The notes under the pieces are model-generated. The model was not told the DNA's origin. It made no database searches and worked only from the letters and a program-made list of their open reading frames with translations. A program made the position numbers and the translations under genes. 64,000 nt of DNA from Candidatus Latescibacterota bacterium (lineage in GTDB: Bacteria; Latescibacterota; UBA2968). The first letter of the stretch is position 1; the number at the start of each line of letters is the position of its first letter. This document shows positions 27,716 to 37,592 of the stretch, in pieces. Location of the stretch: assembly GCA_965205975.1 (NCBI GenBank), contig OZ242195.1:4960001-5024000 (forward strand), read 5' to 3'.

Positions 27716-29812
27716 ATGCAAAAATATCAAGCCGAAGTCTTATTGAGACGTGCTGTCGGTGATCCCAACGCCCGTTTTCGAATGGGTCAATGGGAAGCGA
27801 TTGACGCGCTGGTCAATCACCGCCGCAAGTTGATGGTGGTACAGCGCACTGGTTGGGGCAAAAGCTCGGTTTACTTCATTGGCACGCGCATATTGCGTGA
27901 TCAAGGGAGCGGAGTAACAGTGATTGTGTCCCCTCTTCTTGCGCTGATGCGCAATCAGATTGAAGCGGCCAATCGACTTGGTATTCGTGCAGAGACAATC
28001 AATTCCACAAACCAGGATAACTGGCCAGAGATCAGCCATGCCATGTTAGCCGATCAGGTTGATGCCATTCTGATTTCGCCTGAACGTCTCGCGAACGAGA
28101 CATTTGTCGAAGAAGTTTTGATACCGGTAGCTGATCGCGTTGGTTTGTTCGTAGTTGATGAAGTACATTGCATTTCTGACTGGGGCCACGACTTTCGCCC
28201 GGATTATCAACGGCTGATCAATGTGTTACAACAAATGCCGCCGAATATGCCGGTACTGGGCACAACTGCCACCGCCAATGACCGGGTGATTGAGGACGTA
28301 AAGACACAACTCAGCGATATCGAGATTCAGCGCGGTACACTGGTTCGGGATAGTCTGGCACTGCAAACACTTCGATTACCCGATCAGGCGTCTCGGCTGG
28401 CTTGGCTGGCACAACATATTCCAGAATTACCGGGTACCGGGATCGTCTATGTGCTGACGATTCGGGACGCTGAACAGGTGGCAGACTGGCTAAAGCAGCA
28501 GGGGATAGAGGCGTACGCCTACTATAGCTATGTCCAGCATGAAGACTTCGAGGACAGCAACGAGTACCGACAACATCTCGAAGACCTGCTGTTGAGAAAT
28601 GAGATAAAGGTGCTGGTAGCGACTACTGCGTTAGGCATGGGTTACGACAAGCCTGACCTTAGCTTTGTCATTCATTACCAGGCTCCCGGTTCAGTGGTGG
28701 CCTATTACCAACAGGTCGGTCGAGCTGGAAGAGCAATCGACAGTGCTTATGGTGTGTTGCTGGCGGGCCGGGAGGACGAAGATATCCACGAGTACTTCCG
28801 CAGTAGCGCGTTCCCTGATGAGCAAGACGTGAACAGAATCCTGGATGTGCTGGTCGACCACGATGAATTATCTATATTTCAACTTCAACAGTATCTCAAT
28901 TTGAGGCATGGACAAATTGAAAAAGTCTTAAAAATTCTCAGTGTTGAGAACCCATCTCCTGTAATCAATCAGGGTAGCAGGTGGCGTCGGACACCTGTTC
29001 TATACCGTATGGACCACGCGCGAATTGAGCGTTTGACACAGCAAAGAGAAATCGAGTGGCAAGAGGTTCAAGATTATATCGATACGGATGCTTGTCTCAT
29101 GGCCTATTTGAGAAATGCCCTTGATGATCCAGAAAACGATGCGTGTGGTCGGTGTGCTATTTGTCTGGGTGAATCAGTTGTGGATATAGATACGGAACAC
29201 GCCCTTGTTATTGATGCAACCCGGTTTTTGAGGCGGGCGGAGATGCCCTTCAAACCGAATAGACAGGTAGCTACTGGTGCATTTCCTATATATGACTTTC
29301 GAGGCAATCTGCGGCCTGAACTTCAGGCATCGGAAGGGCGGATATTATCGCGCTGGGGTGATGCTGGCTGGGGCCAACTGGTGGCTGTTGACAAGCATGC
29401 AGGCCGCTTTCGTAGTGAGTTGGTGGAAGCTATGGCTGAGATGATTAATCAACGATGGCAACCGAATCCCGCCCCGGAATGGGTGACCTGTGTTCCGTCA
29501 ATCAACCATCCAACGTTGGTGCCGGACTTTGCGCGGCGACTCGCCATCCAATTGCAGTTGCCCTTTGTGGACGCCATTCATAAAATAAAAAATAACGAAC
29601 CTCAGAAGAATCAGCAGAACCGTTTCCATCAATGCCAAAATCTGGATGGCGTGTTCGAAATTTCGGAAAATATTCCTGAAACACCTGTGCTACTGGTGGA
29701 TGATATAATAGATTCTGGATGGACGGTCACCGTACTTGCCGCCTTGTTGCGGCAGGCGGGAAGTGGGCCGGTCTTTCCGGTGGCGTTGGCCTCGACAAGT
29801 GCGGGGGATTAA
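27716..29812 (+). CDS. RecQ-family helicase with C-terminal phosphoribosyltransferase domain (RqlH-like)
   Basis: RTGWGKS, VDEVHCISDWGHDFRPDY, QQVGRAGR, CGRCAIC; PRPP motif LLVDDIIDSGWT. Confidence 0.88.
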   Translation: MQKYQAEVLLRRAVGDPNARFRMGQWEAIDALVNHRRKLMVVQRTGWGKSSVYFIGTRILRDQGSGVTVIVSPLLALMRNQIEAANRLGIRAETINSTNQDNWPEISHAMLADQVDAILISPERLANETFVEEVLIPVADRVGLFVVDEVHCISDWGHDFRPDYQRLINVLQQMPPNMPVLGTTATANDRVIEDVKTQLSDIEIQRGTLVRDSLALQTLRLPDQASRLAWLAQHIPELPGTGIVYVLTIRDAEQVADWLKQQGIEAYAYYSYVQHEDFEDSNEYRQHLEDLLLRNEIKVLVATTALGMGYDKPDLSFVIHYQAPGSVVAYYQQVGRAGRAIDSAYGVLLAGREDEDIHEYFRSSAFPDEQDVNRILDVLVDHDELSIFQLQQYLNLRHGQIEKVLKILSVENPSPVINQGSRWRRTPVLYRMDHARIERLTQQREIEWQEVQDYIDTDACLMAYLRNALDDPENDACGRCAICLGESVVDIDTEHALVIDATRFLRRAEMPFKPNRQVATGAFPIYDFRGNLRPELQASEGRILSRWGDAGWGQLVAVDKHAGRFRSELVEAMAEMINQRWQPNPAPEWVTCVPSINHPTLVPDFARRLAIQLQLPFVDAIHKIKNNEPQKNQQNRFHQCQNLDGVFEISENIPETPVLLVDDIIDSGWTVTVLAALLRQAGSGPVFPVALASTSAGD

Positions 29813-31051
29813 ATGTCAGTGTCACACGATACACAGGCGATCTTGTTGCTGACGGCGCATTTTTCAAAAGCGAAAAATGAGGCGGTTAAGCCGTTGACGA
29901 CGAAAGAATGGGGGCGTTTTACGTGGTGGCTTAGGAACCGATCACTGACTCCAGGGCACCTGATGACCGGGCGACTTGATGAACTCTTAAATGGGTGGTC
30001 AGACAAGACGATTACCATGGAGCGTATTGAGGGCCTGATGCATCGCGGTTCAGCACTTGCGCTGGCCTTGGAGAAATGGTTCCGTGCGGGTCTATGGGTT
30101 ATGACAAGATCGGATCCAGATTACCCGACGCGATTCAAGCAACGTCTGAGAACTGACTCACCTGCCGTCGTGTTTGGTTGCGGCAACAGAGCCTTACTCA
30201 ATGGCGGTGGCTTGGCAGTCATAGGCTCTCGCAATGCAACGGAAGAGGATTTGGCATATAGTCGTGATCTGGGTGCTCTGGCTGCGAGCACTGGTTATTC
30301 GATTGTTTCGGGGGGTGCGAGAGGGGTTGATGAGGCATCTATGCTCGGAGCCCTCGAAGTAGAAGGCACTGCGATTGGTGTGCTTGCCGATAGCCTTATG
30401 CGAGTCTGCTCAGGTGTCAAGTATCGCAAATACTTGATGGCGAATAATCTCGTACTCATTTCGACGTTTTATCCCGAAGCTGGGTTCAACGTGGGCCATG
30501 CCATGCAGCGTAACAAGTACATTTATTGCCTTTCTGATGCAGCTCTGGTGGTTCACTCCGGTACAAAGGGCGGTACTTGGAGCGGCGCGATGGAAAATCT
30601 CAAGAAGCAATGGGTACCGCTTTGGGTAAAAAGGACCAACGAAAAAAGAGCCGGAAATGCAGCTATTGTCAGGGCTGGTGCAGCATGGGTACCGGAGAAT
30701 ATCGGGGACGTTGATCTCAAGGCACTGTTTACGACAGATCGTAAAGAAAACTCTCCGCAACAAATGACGCTAACAAAATCGGATCAGTTCGTCCAAGTTG
30801 TTAAGGAGGATGCTAAGACATACTCTTCAGTCGAGGATATTGAGTTCTATGACCTGTTTCTCTTAAAAGTCCAAGTATTGTGCAAAGATGTCCCAAAGAC
30901 TCGTGATGATTTGGCTAAAGCATTGCAAGTTCGCAAGGCCCAGATCGATATCTGGCTCAAGCAGGCCACCGCTGATCAGAAATTGGAGAAACTGTCCAGA
31001 CCGGTTCGTTATCAGTGGGTCACCTCGCAGCAAGGCGCGTTATCCGTATAA
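29813..31051 (+). CDS. DprA/SMF-like protein (RqlI-like)
   Basis: AVIGSR, VSGGARGVD, AMQRNKYIY, KGGTW; starts immediately after the helicase stop. Confidence 0.85.
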   Translation: MSVSHDTQAILLLTAHFSKAKNEAVKPLTTKEWGRFTWWLRNRSLTPGHLMTGRLDELLNGWSDKTITMERIEGLMHRGSALALALEKWFRAGLWVMTRSDPDYPTRFKQRLRTDSPAVVFGCGNRALLNGGGLAVIGSRNATEEDLAYSRDLGALAASTGYSIVSGGARGVDEASMLGALEVEGTAIGVLADSLMRVCSGVKYRKYLMANNLVLISTFYPEAGFNVGHAMQRNKYIYCLSDAALVVHSGTKGGTWSGAMENLKKQWVPLWVKRTNEKRAGNAAIVRAGAAWVPENIGDVDLKALFTTDRKENSPQQMTLTKSDQFVQVVKEDAKTYSSVEDIEFYDLFLLKVQVLCKDVPKTRDDLAKALQVRKAQIDIWLKQATADQKLEKLSRPVRYQWVTSQQGALSV

Positions 31052-31108
31052 AAAATGAGATATACCACAGCAGAACTTTTTCCATTGTGTAGCTTTGATA
31101 TAAACAGA

Positions 31109-31136
31109 AAACCCCAGGAGCGAGCTTCTGGGGTTT
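31109..31136. terminator. Hairpin between convergent genes
   Basis: AAACCCCAGGAG / CTTCTGGGGTTT. Confidence 0.65.
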
Positions 31137-31163
31137 GTGGTGTATCGGGAGCCGTTTTTAAGA

Positions 31164-31835
31164 TCAGAGGGGATCAAATTTGTAGCCGACACCGCGCACT
31201 GTGGTAATGGCTTTGCCGGATTCGCCGAGTTTGGAGCGCAGGCGGCGAATGTGGACGTCAACGGTGCGCATGCCGCCGTAATAGTCATAGCCCCAGATGC
31301 TGTCGAGCAGGTCCGATCGGGTAAATACGCGGGCTTCGTGGGTGACCAGATGTTTGAGTAGTTCGTATTCTTTGAGTGTGAGTTCGACAACGCTGCCCTT
31401 GACGCGCACTTCGTAGCGCGCCATATTGATGACGAGGTCGTCTATTTTGAGGGTGTGGTCGTCGGGGGTATGGTCGTCGTTCCAAAGGGCCAGGCGCAAG
31501 CGGGCTTCAAACTCGCGCAGGCTATAGGGCTTGATGACAAAATCTGAGATGCCGAGTGAAAAGTCGAGGTTGAGTGCAGTCATTTCATCGGTGATGACGA
31601 GCAGGGAACGGTCGTTGGTAGAATGTTGTTGTTGCAGGTCTGCAATGGCCTGTGCGAGGCGGTCGAGGGAGGATTCGGGGTCAATAATGGTCAAATCAAT
31701 GCCGTCAGCGGGAATGGGAGGCAAATTGCTCCGCCCGCGCAGGATCACATGTTCAACCTGATGCCCGATGTATTCGAGGTCTGATTTAAGACGCGCGCCG
31801 TAGGCTTCGTCCGCGAGAAGAAGAATAGTTGCCAT
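31164..31835 (-). CDS. OmpR-family response regulator, GlnR-like with atypical receiver
   Basis: LTLKEYELL, WGYDYYGGMRTVDVHIRRLRSKLG; ATG at 31835. Confidence 0.85.
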   Translation of the reverse strand: MATILLLADEAYGARLKSDLEYIGHQVEHVILRGRSNLPPIPADGIDLTIIDPESSLDRLAQAIADLQQQHSTNDRSLLVITDEMTALNLDFSLGISDFVIKPYSLREFEARLRLALWNDDHTPDDHTLKIDDLVINMARYEVRVKGSVVELTLKEYELLKHLVTHEARVFTRSDLLDSIWGYDYYGGMRTVDVHIRRLRSKLGESGKAITTVRGVGYKFDPL

Positions 31836-31863
31836 TGGAGACGAAATTGGGAATAAGGGAGGA

Positions 31864-31905
31864 ACTGATATTACGCATTTTAATGCGCCCGTGTGTAATA
31901 TCAGT
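31864..31905. promoter_or_regulatory. 11-bp perfect inverted repeat (operator or leader hairpin) upstream of the regulator
   Basis: ACTGATATTAC-N20-GTAATATCAGT; minus-strand TTGACA-N17-TAATTT at 31953-31925. Confidence 0.5.
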
Positions 31906-32031
31906 GCTGAAAACAGAAAGCCGAAAATTAGTGGCCTCATGGTATTTTGTCAAGGTGTATCTAACGAATACGGGCGCGGGCGTTAGAGAGAAATTAGTAA
32001 AATACTTTAATCAAAACTGTCTCAGGAGCAC

Positions 32032-33672
32032 ATGATGTCTTCACCCCATGCAATCGTCCATCCCGCTTTCCGACCATCCATCATGGGCAGAAATGGCGTG
32101 GTCACATCGGGACACCATCTCGCTTCTCAAGCAGGTATTCAGGTTATGATGGCGGGTGGCAATGCCATTGATGCGGCTATTGCCACGGCCGCTGCGCTCG
32201 GCGTGGTTGAACCGCAATCTTCAGGCGCAGGCGGCGATGGTTTTATTTTAATTTACTCGGCTAAGACGGGCACAGTATCTGCCATTAATGCCACTGGTGC
32301 AGCCCCAACGGGTGCGACCCGAGAATTTTATCTCCAACGCGGTGGTATCCCGATGAAGGGTATTCTGAGCGTTTCCATTCCCGGTCTTGTTGACGGCTGG
32401 CTCGTCGCTCACGAGCACTTTGGCACGCGCTCGCTCGAAGATATTTTTGCGCCGGCAATCGCCTTTTGCGAAGACGGCTTTCCGCTCAGTCACAAATTGG
32501 CTAATAGCTTGCGGGGGGAGACAAAACGCTTTGCATCCGATCCATATACGCGGGCGGTTTTCACAAATGATGGTCAGCCTCTCAGTCCCGGAGATATAGT
32601 TTATCAGAAGGACCTGGGTAAGACCTTGCGGAAGATCGCCGCAGAGGGCCGCGACGCCTATCGCACGGGTGAAATAGCCCGGGATCTCGTTGCATTTAGC
32701 CAGTCGCGAGGTGGTGTGTTTACCGAAGCCGATTTGAAGAACCATCGCGCCCGTATTGGGGATCCCATTGCTGTGACTTACAAAGATTATACGGTGTATG
32801 AAACGCCGCCCAATTCGAGCGGGCATATTTTACTTCAAGAACTCAATATTGTCGAAAATTTTGATCTTCAGGCGCTGGGTTGCAATAATGCCGAGAGTAT
32901 CCACCTTATGGTCGAAGCCAAGAAACTCGCTTTTGCAGATCGGGAAAAATACGTGGCCGATCCCGATTGGGTCGATGTGCCAATTGAAGGGCTTCTCGCG
33001 AAAGATTATGCAAAAGAACGCGCTGCGTGCATCGACCTTGAACGCGCTGCTATTCATGTTCCGCCCGGTATCCCGGAATCGGTCGAGGATACTACATGTT
33101 TCTGTGTGGCTGATAGCGAGGGCAACGCGGTTTGTCAATTGCAGAGTATTCAATCTGGCTGGGGATCGAGTCTTATTGCGGGTGATACGGGTATTCTTCT
33201 CAATAACCGTATGACTTACTGGCATCTCGAAAAAGATCATCCCAATTGTCTGATGCCTGGAAAGAGAGTTCGGCATACCATGAACCCCGTTATTGTCGCG
33301 AAAGACGGCAAACCCGTTCTGATATGCGGCACCCCGGGCGCAGATACACAGGTGCAGACGAATTTGCAATTGGTGACACATATTCTGGAATTTGGTATGA
33401 CGCCTCAAGAGGCGGTTGAAGCTCCGCGCTGGCGTTCTCTGCAAAATCCCATGGAATCTACGGTTCCCCATACCTGCGAAGATGTGCTTCAACTCGAAAG
33501 CCGTTTTCCTACAATCGAGTGCGAAGCTCTGGCTCGGAAAGGTCACGACCTTCGCTACCTCTCAAATTGGGGTGGACCGGGAAATGCACAGGCCATTCTG
33601 ATCAATCCCGAGACCGGTGCCCTGATGGGCGGTTCAGATCCCAGGCGAGACGGATACGCCATTGCTTTTTAA
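32032..33672 (+). CDS. ggt: Gamma-glutamyltransferase family protein
   Basis: GGNAIDAAIA, PPNSSG, DTT nucleophile, LNNR, PGKRVRHT, SDPRRDG. Confidence 0.9.
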   Translation: MMSSPHAIVHPAFRPSIMGRNGVVTSGHHLASQAGIQVMMAGGNAIDAAIATAAALGVVEPQSSGAGGDGFILIYSAKTGTVSAINATGAAPTGATREFYLQRGGIPMKGILSVSIPGLVDGWLVAHEHFGTRSLEDIFAPAIAFCEDGFPLSHKLANSLRGETKRFASDPYTRAVFTNDGQPLSPGDIVYQKDLGKTLRKIAAEGRDAYRTGEIARDLVAFSQSRGGVFTEADLKNHRARIGDPIAVTYKDYTVYETPPNSSGHILLQELNIVENFDLQALGCNNAESIHLMVEAKKLAFADREKYVADPDWVDVPIEGLLAKDYAKERAACIDLERAAIHVPPGIPESVEDTTCFCVADSEGNAVCQLQSIQSGWGSSLIAGDTGILLNNRMTYWHLEKDHPNCLMPGKRVRHTMNPVIVAKDGKPVLICGTPGADTQVQTNLQLVTHILEFGMTPQEAVEAPRWRSLQNPMESTVPHTCEDVLQLESRFPTIECEALARKGHDLRYLSNWGGPGNAQAILINPETGALMGGSDPRRDGYAIAF

Positions 33673-33684
33673 GAAGGAAAAACT

Positions 33685-34884
33685 ATGAAAATCAAAGATA
33701 TTCGCGCAGTTGCCGTCAATATTTCTCCTGCTCAAAAAACAGAACCTCGCGTCCCGAAGTTACCTACAGATGGTTTTATCAGCCCTATGGCGCGATATCC
33801 CGAATTTAAAAGATCGGGATGGAATCCAAATTGGACTCGCACGGCCTGTGTCGTGACAGGGCAAGACGGCACATGGGGGGTGGGTTTTACCAATCACAGT
33901 GGGCCAGTGCTCAGTATTATCAACGATCACTTTGCCCCTTTGCTCGAAGGGCAAAATTGCATGGCGATTGAAAAGTTGTGGGACATGATGCGCCGCGCTT
34001 CTTCGCCTTATCATACGGCGGGTTTGTCCAGCTATGCCATCAGTGCTGTGGATAATGCCCTGTGGGACTTAAAGGGAAAAATTTTGCAGCGTCCTGTTTA
34101 CGAGCTTTTGGGCGGCCCGCAAAAAGACAAAATTTTCTGTTATGCCAGCAATACAGATATATCTTATGGTACGGAGAATAGCATTGAATGGTTTCTCGAA
34201 CTGGGTTTCAAGGCGGTCAAGCTCTTTGCGCGATATGGGCCGGAGTCCGGTATTGAGGGCATAAATAAGACTGAAGAACTGGTTGCCAAAACGCGCGAGC
34301 AGATCGGCGATGATGTCGAACTCATGCTCGATGCTTGGATGTCGCTCAATGTGGAGTACACGGTTCGTCTCGTCGAAGCATTAAAACCATATCGCCTCAA
34401 GTGGCTTGAAGATTACGTGTTGCCCGAAGATATGGAAAGCTATACAAAGGTGCGTCAACGCGTCCCCGGGCAAATTCTCGCAACGGGCGAACACTGGTAC
34501 ACCATCCATCCCTTTGCCACAGCCGCGAGCCAAGGGCTCGTCGATATTTTGCAGCCCGATATTCAGTGGGCAGGTGGTGTGACAGCCTTGATGCGAATAT
34601 GCCATATTGCCGAGGCGCATGGGCTAACGGTTATCAGCCACGCGGGTATGAATTATCCCTACGGTCAGCACCTTTCTTATGCTATGCCAGCGATACAGTG
34701 GGGCGAACGATCCGAAGGGGTATCGCCTCCGGGCGTTCCGCTCGAAGAACGCGTTGCGCTGCCGGGAACTCCTGTGATTAAAGACGGTTATCTCATTCCG
34801 GGCAATGCTCCTGGCTTTGGTCTTGAAATTACTAAGGACTGGTTGGAGCAAAAGGCCAGGGCGAATAGACGAATAGACGAATAG
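33685..34884 (+). CDS. Mandelate racemase/enolase-superfamily sugar-acid dehydratase (rhamnonate dehydratase-like)
   Basis: AISAVDNALWDLKGK, LMLDAWM, WLED, TGEH, QPD. Confidence 0.85.
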   Translation: MKIKDIRAVAVNISPAQKTEPRVPKLPTDGFISPMARYPEFKRSGWNPNWTRTACVVTGQDGTWGVGFTNHSGPVLSIINDHFAPLLEGQNCMAIEKLWDMMRRASSPYHTAGLSSYAISAVDNALWDLKGKILQRPVYELLGGPQKDKIFCYASNTDISYGTENSIEWFLELGFKAVKLFARYGPESGIEGINKTEELVAKTREQIGDDVELMLDAWMSLNVEYTVRLVEALKPYRLKWLEDYVLPEDMESYTKVRQRVPGQILATGEHWYTIHPFATAASQGLVDILQPDIQWAGGVTALMRICHIAEAHGLTVISHAGMNYPYGQHLSYAMPAIQWGERSEGVSPPGVPLEERVALPGTPVIKDGYLIPGNAPGFGLEITKDWLEQKARANRRIDE

Positions 34885-34957
34885 ACGAACCCCGCCCTAC
34901 CACCCAAAGTCTGTGCGAACTCCATTCGCTGATTCGCTGATTCGTAGATTCGTAGAT
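34862..34957 (-). repeat. Octamer-armed intergenic element, copy 1
   Basis: (CGAATAGA)x3, core, (ATTCGCTG/ATTCGTAG)n; reverse complement of 49465-49558. Confidence 0.8.
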
Positions 34958-35014
34958 GAACTGGCCTGAGAAGCGGCCAGTTGTACCCCGTTCCGCTGAT
35001 TCGTAGGAGACGAT

Positions 35015-35560
35015 ATGGCGCAAGAGTGGAAACACTTGCTCAAGTTTCGCTGCACTCGCTGTGGAAATTGCTGTCGAGACCCCATTGTTCTGGTTACTGA
35101 CGAAGATGTGCGCCGCATTGTTGAGGGCACAAATCAAGCGGCTTGTGATGTTGTCGATTTTTATAAGCCGAGTGAGATTGAATGGGGCGAAGACCAGCCG
35201 GGCTGGATACGTTTGAAGTCTGGCCAGCGCATTATGGGATTGCGTAGAACTGAGAGCGGATGCCAATATTTGGGCGAAGACGATTTGTGTACTATCTACG
35301 ATTATCGCCCGGTGACTTGTCGAAGGTATCCATTTGATCTCGAGTTTGACGAAGAGGGCGATATCGAGTTGCTCAGCATTAGCCAATCTACCGATTGCCC
35401 GTATGAACTTGATGGGTACACGCCATTGGGTGAAATTAAGGCTATTGCAAAGTGGGAGACGTGGGAAGAAGAACCCTATTATGCCAGACTTAAAGCGTGG
35501 AACGCGCGCAAAGAGATGGGCGGGAGAAAGACATTTCTCAAATTTATTGGGTTGGGGTGA
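35015..35560 (+). CDS. YkgJ-family CxxCxxCC cysteine-cluster protein
   Basis: FRCTRCGNCC, CQYL, CTIYDYRPVTCRRYPF. Confidence 0.88.
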   Translation: MAQEWKHLLKFRCTRCGNCCRDPIVLVTDEDVRRIVEGTNQAACDVVDFYKPSEIEWGEDQPGWIRLKSGQRIMGLRRTESGCQYLGEDDLCTIYDYRPVTCRRYPFDLEFDEEGDIELLSISQSTDCPYELDGYTPLGEIKAIAKWETWEEEPYYARLKAWNARKEMGGRKTFLKFIGLG

Positions 35561-35572
35561 AATGGTCTGGAT

Positions 35573-35612
35573 CAGGATGAACAGGATGATGGTTTGGTAG
35601 GATTAGCAGGAT
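35573..35612 (+). repeat. Degenerate CAGGAT-based short tandem repeats
   Basis: CAGGATGAA-CAGGATGAT...TAGGATTAG-CAGGAT. Confidence 0.45.
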
Positions 35613-35633
35613 GGGTAAGGGAGAAGATAGTCT

Positions 35634-36494
35634 ATGAATCACAACATTTTTGATCGTGCTGAAGAATTTATCTATAACAATGCGCGGTTGCTCGAGCGGC
35701 AGTTGTTTGCCTATCATTTCAAAGGGGGTTCGCGGGAGCAGGTGCTCCCAGCACTTCGCGCCTATCAGAATGAAGATGGCGGATTTGGGCATGCCCTTGA
35801 ACCGGATATTCGCTGTCCAGAAAGCCAACCCGTGCCGGTGCAGCACGCGCTTGAATTTCTCGATGCGGTGGGTTTTGATGCCGAGATGGTGCAGCGCGCC
35901 TGCGATTATTTGATGGAGATTACTACGCCCGAAGGCGGCGTTCCGTGGTTGTTGCCTTCTGCACATCGCTATCCGCGAGCATCGTGGTGGAATACAGTTG
36001 AAGATCCACCGGCGTCTTTGAATCCAACGGCCGCTATTGCTGGTTTGTTACACAAGAATCGCGTTCAACATGTGTGGGCAGATCGCGCGACCGCGTACTG
36101 CTGGTCAAAGATAGCCGATTTGCAACCTGCGGAAATGCATGAAATGGGTGTGGTGCTGACTTTTCTCTATTATGTGCCGGACCGGGCGCGCGCAGAGCGC
36201 GAACTCGACCGTCTGGTCGGTGGGATGTTTTCTGCGGGTCTCGTTGCCGATGCAAATGCTACAGGCTATGTCCGCAAGCCGCTCGACTGGGCGAGTACGC
36301 CCGATCATCCGCTTCGCAAGTACTTTCGGGAAGAGGATGTTGCGGCAAACCTCGATGCAATTGTTGCGGGACAACAAGCGGATGGAGGGTGGAATATTAC
36401 CTGGCAAGCCGTGAGTCCGGGTTGCGAACTCGAATGGCGTGGCTGGATGACTTTGGGAACATTGCTCACGTTGCGGGCGAATGGGCGACTGTAA
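35634..36494 (+). CDS. Prenyltransferase/squalene-cyclase repeat-like hypothetical protein
   Basis: YQNEDGGFGHALEPD, QQADGGW. Confidence 0.7.
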   Translation: MNHNIFDRAEEFIYNNARLLERQLFAYHFKGGSREQVLPALRAYQNEDGGFGHALEPDIRCPESQPVPVQHALEFLDAVGFDAEMVQRACDYLMEITTPEGGVPWLLPSAHRYPRASWWNTVEDPPASLNPTAAIAGLLHKNRVQHVWADRATAYCWSKIADLQPAEMHEMGVVLTFLYYVPDRARAERELDRLVGGMFSAGLVADANATGYVRKPLDWASTPDHPLRKYFREEDVAANLDAIVAGQQADGGWNITWQAVSPGCELEWRGWMTLGTLLTLRANGRL

Positions 36495-36511
36495 TTGTAC
36501 AGAGAGTTATC

Positions 36512-37261
36512 ATGTTGATAGCTAAGATAGAAGGGCATTACCACTTTCTCAAGGGTATTGATCCCTATTCCTGCGGTGTTATTGCCGATCCCGGCTGGGA
36601 GATTGTTCATGTGACACTGGAACAGGCGCTACCCTGGCGGCAGGGATTTGATCGGGTTGAGGCGCATTTGAGGGAGGTCGGGCGAGATAGACAGGCGTTG
36701 TGCGGCATGGAGTTGCGTTCGCCTGCGCCTTTTACTATGGCGGGGTTTATCGCTTTTAATCGGGATTATTGTCGGGTGCTCAAGGCCTGGGATCTGTATG
36801 TGGGGGATTTGAATCCAGTAGCGCGTACCAATGTGGCACCGCTGTTCGATCCGCCGGGGGAACCGGTGCTGCACGCATTTTCCTATACGGTGCCGGCATT
36901 GGCTGATACTCCCCGGACTCTTGTGATCGCCGGGGCGGGAGAATTGCGCGAGGGGGTACTTGTGGAGCAGGGTATTGTCCGCAGTGGGGATACCAGCGAA
37001 GAAGCTATGAGGGAGAAGGTTGGTTATGTGGTGGATGTAATGGTCGAGCGTTTGTTTGGTCTGGGTGGGGCCTGGGAGATGATCAATGCGGTGGATGTGT
37101 ACACGGTGCATTCTCTGGACGGGCTGGTAGAGGATATTTTGTTCAATCGCATTGGGCCAGTCCGGCGGCACGGATTCCGCTGGCACTTTACCCGTCCACC
37201 AGTGGTCGATATTGAATTTGAGATGGATATGCGGGGGGTGCGGCGGGACTTTGTGATATAA
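36512..37261 (+). CDS. CnbZ-like (2-amino-5-chloromuconate deaminase / Rid-fold) protein
   Basis: PYSCGV, ELRSPAPFT..GF..FN, NPVARTNVAP, RPPVVDIEFEMD. Confidence 0.7.
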   Translation: MLIAKIEGHYHFLKGIDPYSCGVIADPGWEIVHVTLEQALPWRQGFDRVEAHLREVGRDRQALCGMELRSPAPFTMAGFIAFNRDYCRVLKAWDLYVGDLNPVARTNVAPLFDPPGEPVLHAFSYTVPALADTPRTLVIAGAGELREGVLVEQGIVRSGDTSEEAMREKVGYVVDVMVERLFGLGGAWEMINAVDVYTVHSLDGLVEDILFNRIGPVRRHGFRWHFTRPPVVDIEFEMDMRGVRRDFVI

Positions 37262-37309
37262 GCCCAGGGCAGGGATGGGGATGTGCTGGCTGCGAAATGA
37301 TATTTTTTC

Positions 37310-37339
37310 TTGACATATTCCACTGAGATTGCGTAAGTT
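37310..37339 (+). promoter_or_regulatory. sigma70 promoter candidate of the ilv/leu operon
   Basis: TTGACA-N18-TAAGTT. Confidence 0.5.
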
Positions 37340-37418
37340 ATTCAATCTAAAATACATTATTACTTCTTTTCCCAAGTCTTCTATTATGCGCTCAATTTCC
37401 ACATTGGCGATTTCCACA

Positions 37419-37592
37419 ATGCGAGGCGGTGTACAACTGTTCATCCGTTCTTCGCGCCTTTCTATTGCAGGGCGAGTTCTGATCGTTCTGCACCTTCTCC
37501 TGCTCGTGAGCCTTTTTCTATCTATTATCATTCATTAGTTTCAGGCTCTTTCCCCAACTCTTGCGACAGCACCTATAAAAGGACAGAGCCTG
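37419..37592 (+). promoter_or_regulatory. Ile/Leu/Val-rich leader ORF (37419-37538; alternative ATG at 37386) with alternative RNA pairings
   Basis: Ends VLIVLHLLLLVSLFLSIIIH*; CAGGCTCT pairs with AGAGCCTG or with GAGCCT inside the ORF. Confidence 0.55.

Noticed and set aside
31055..31100. MRYTTAELF... as the stub of a second methyltransferase after the DprA-like gene
   Set aside because: Only about 9 residues resemble motif I, which is too short to support
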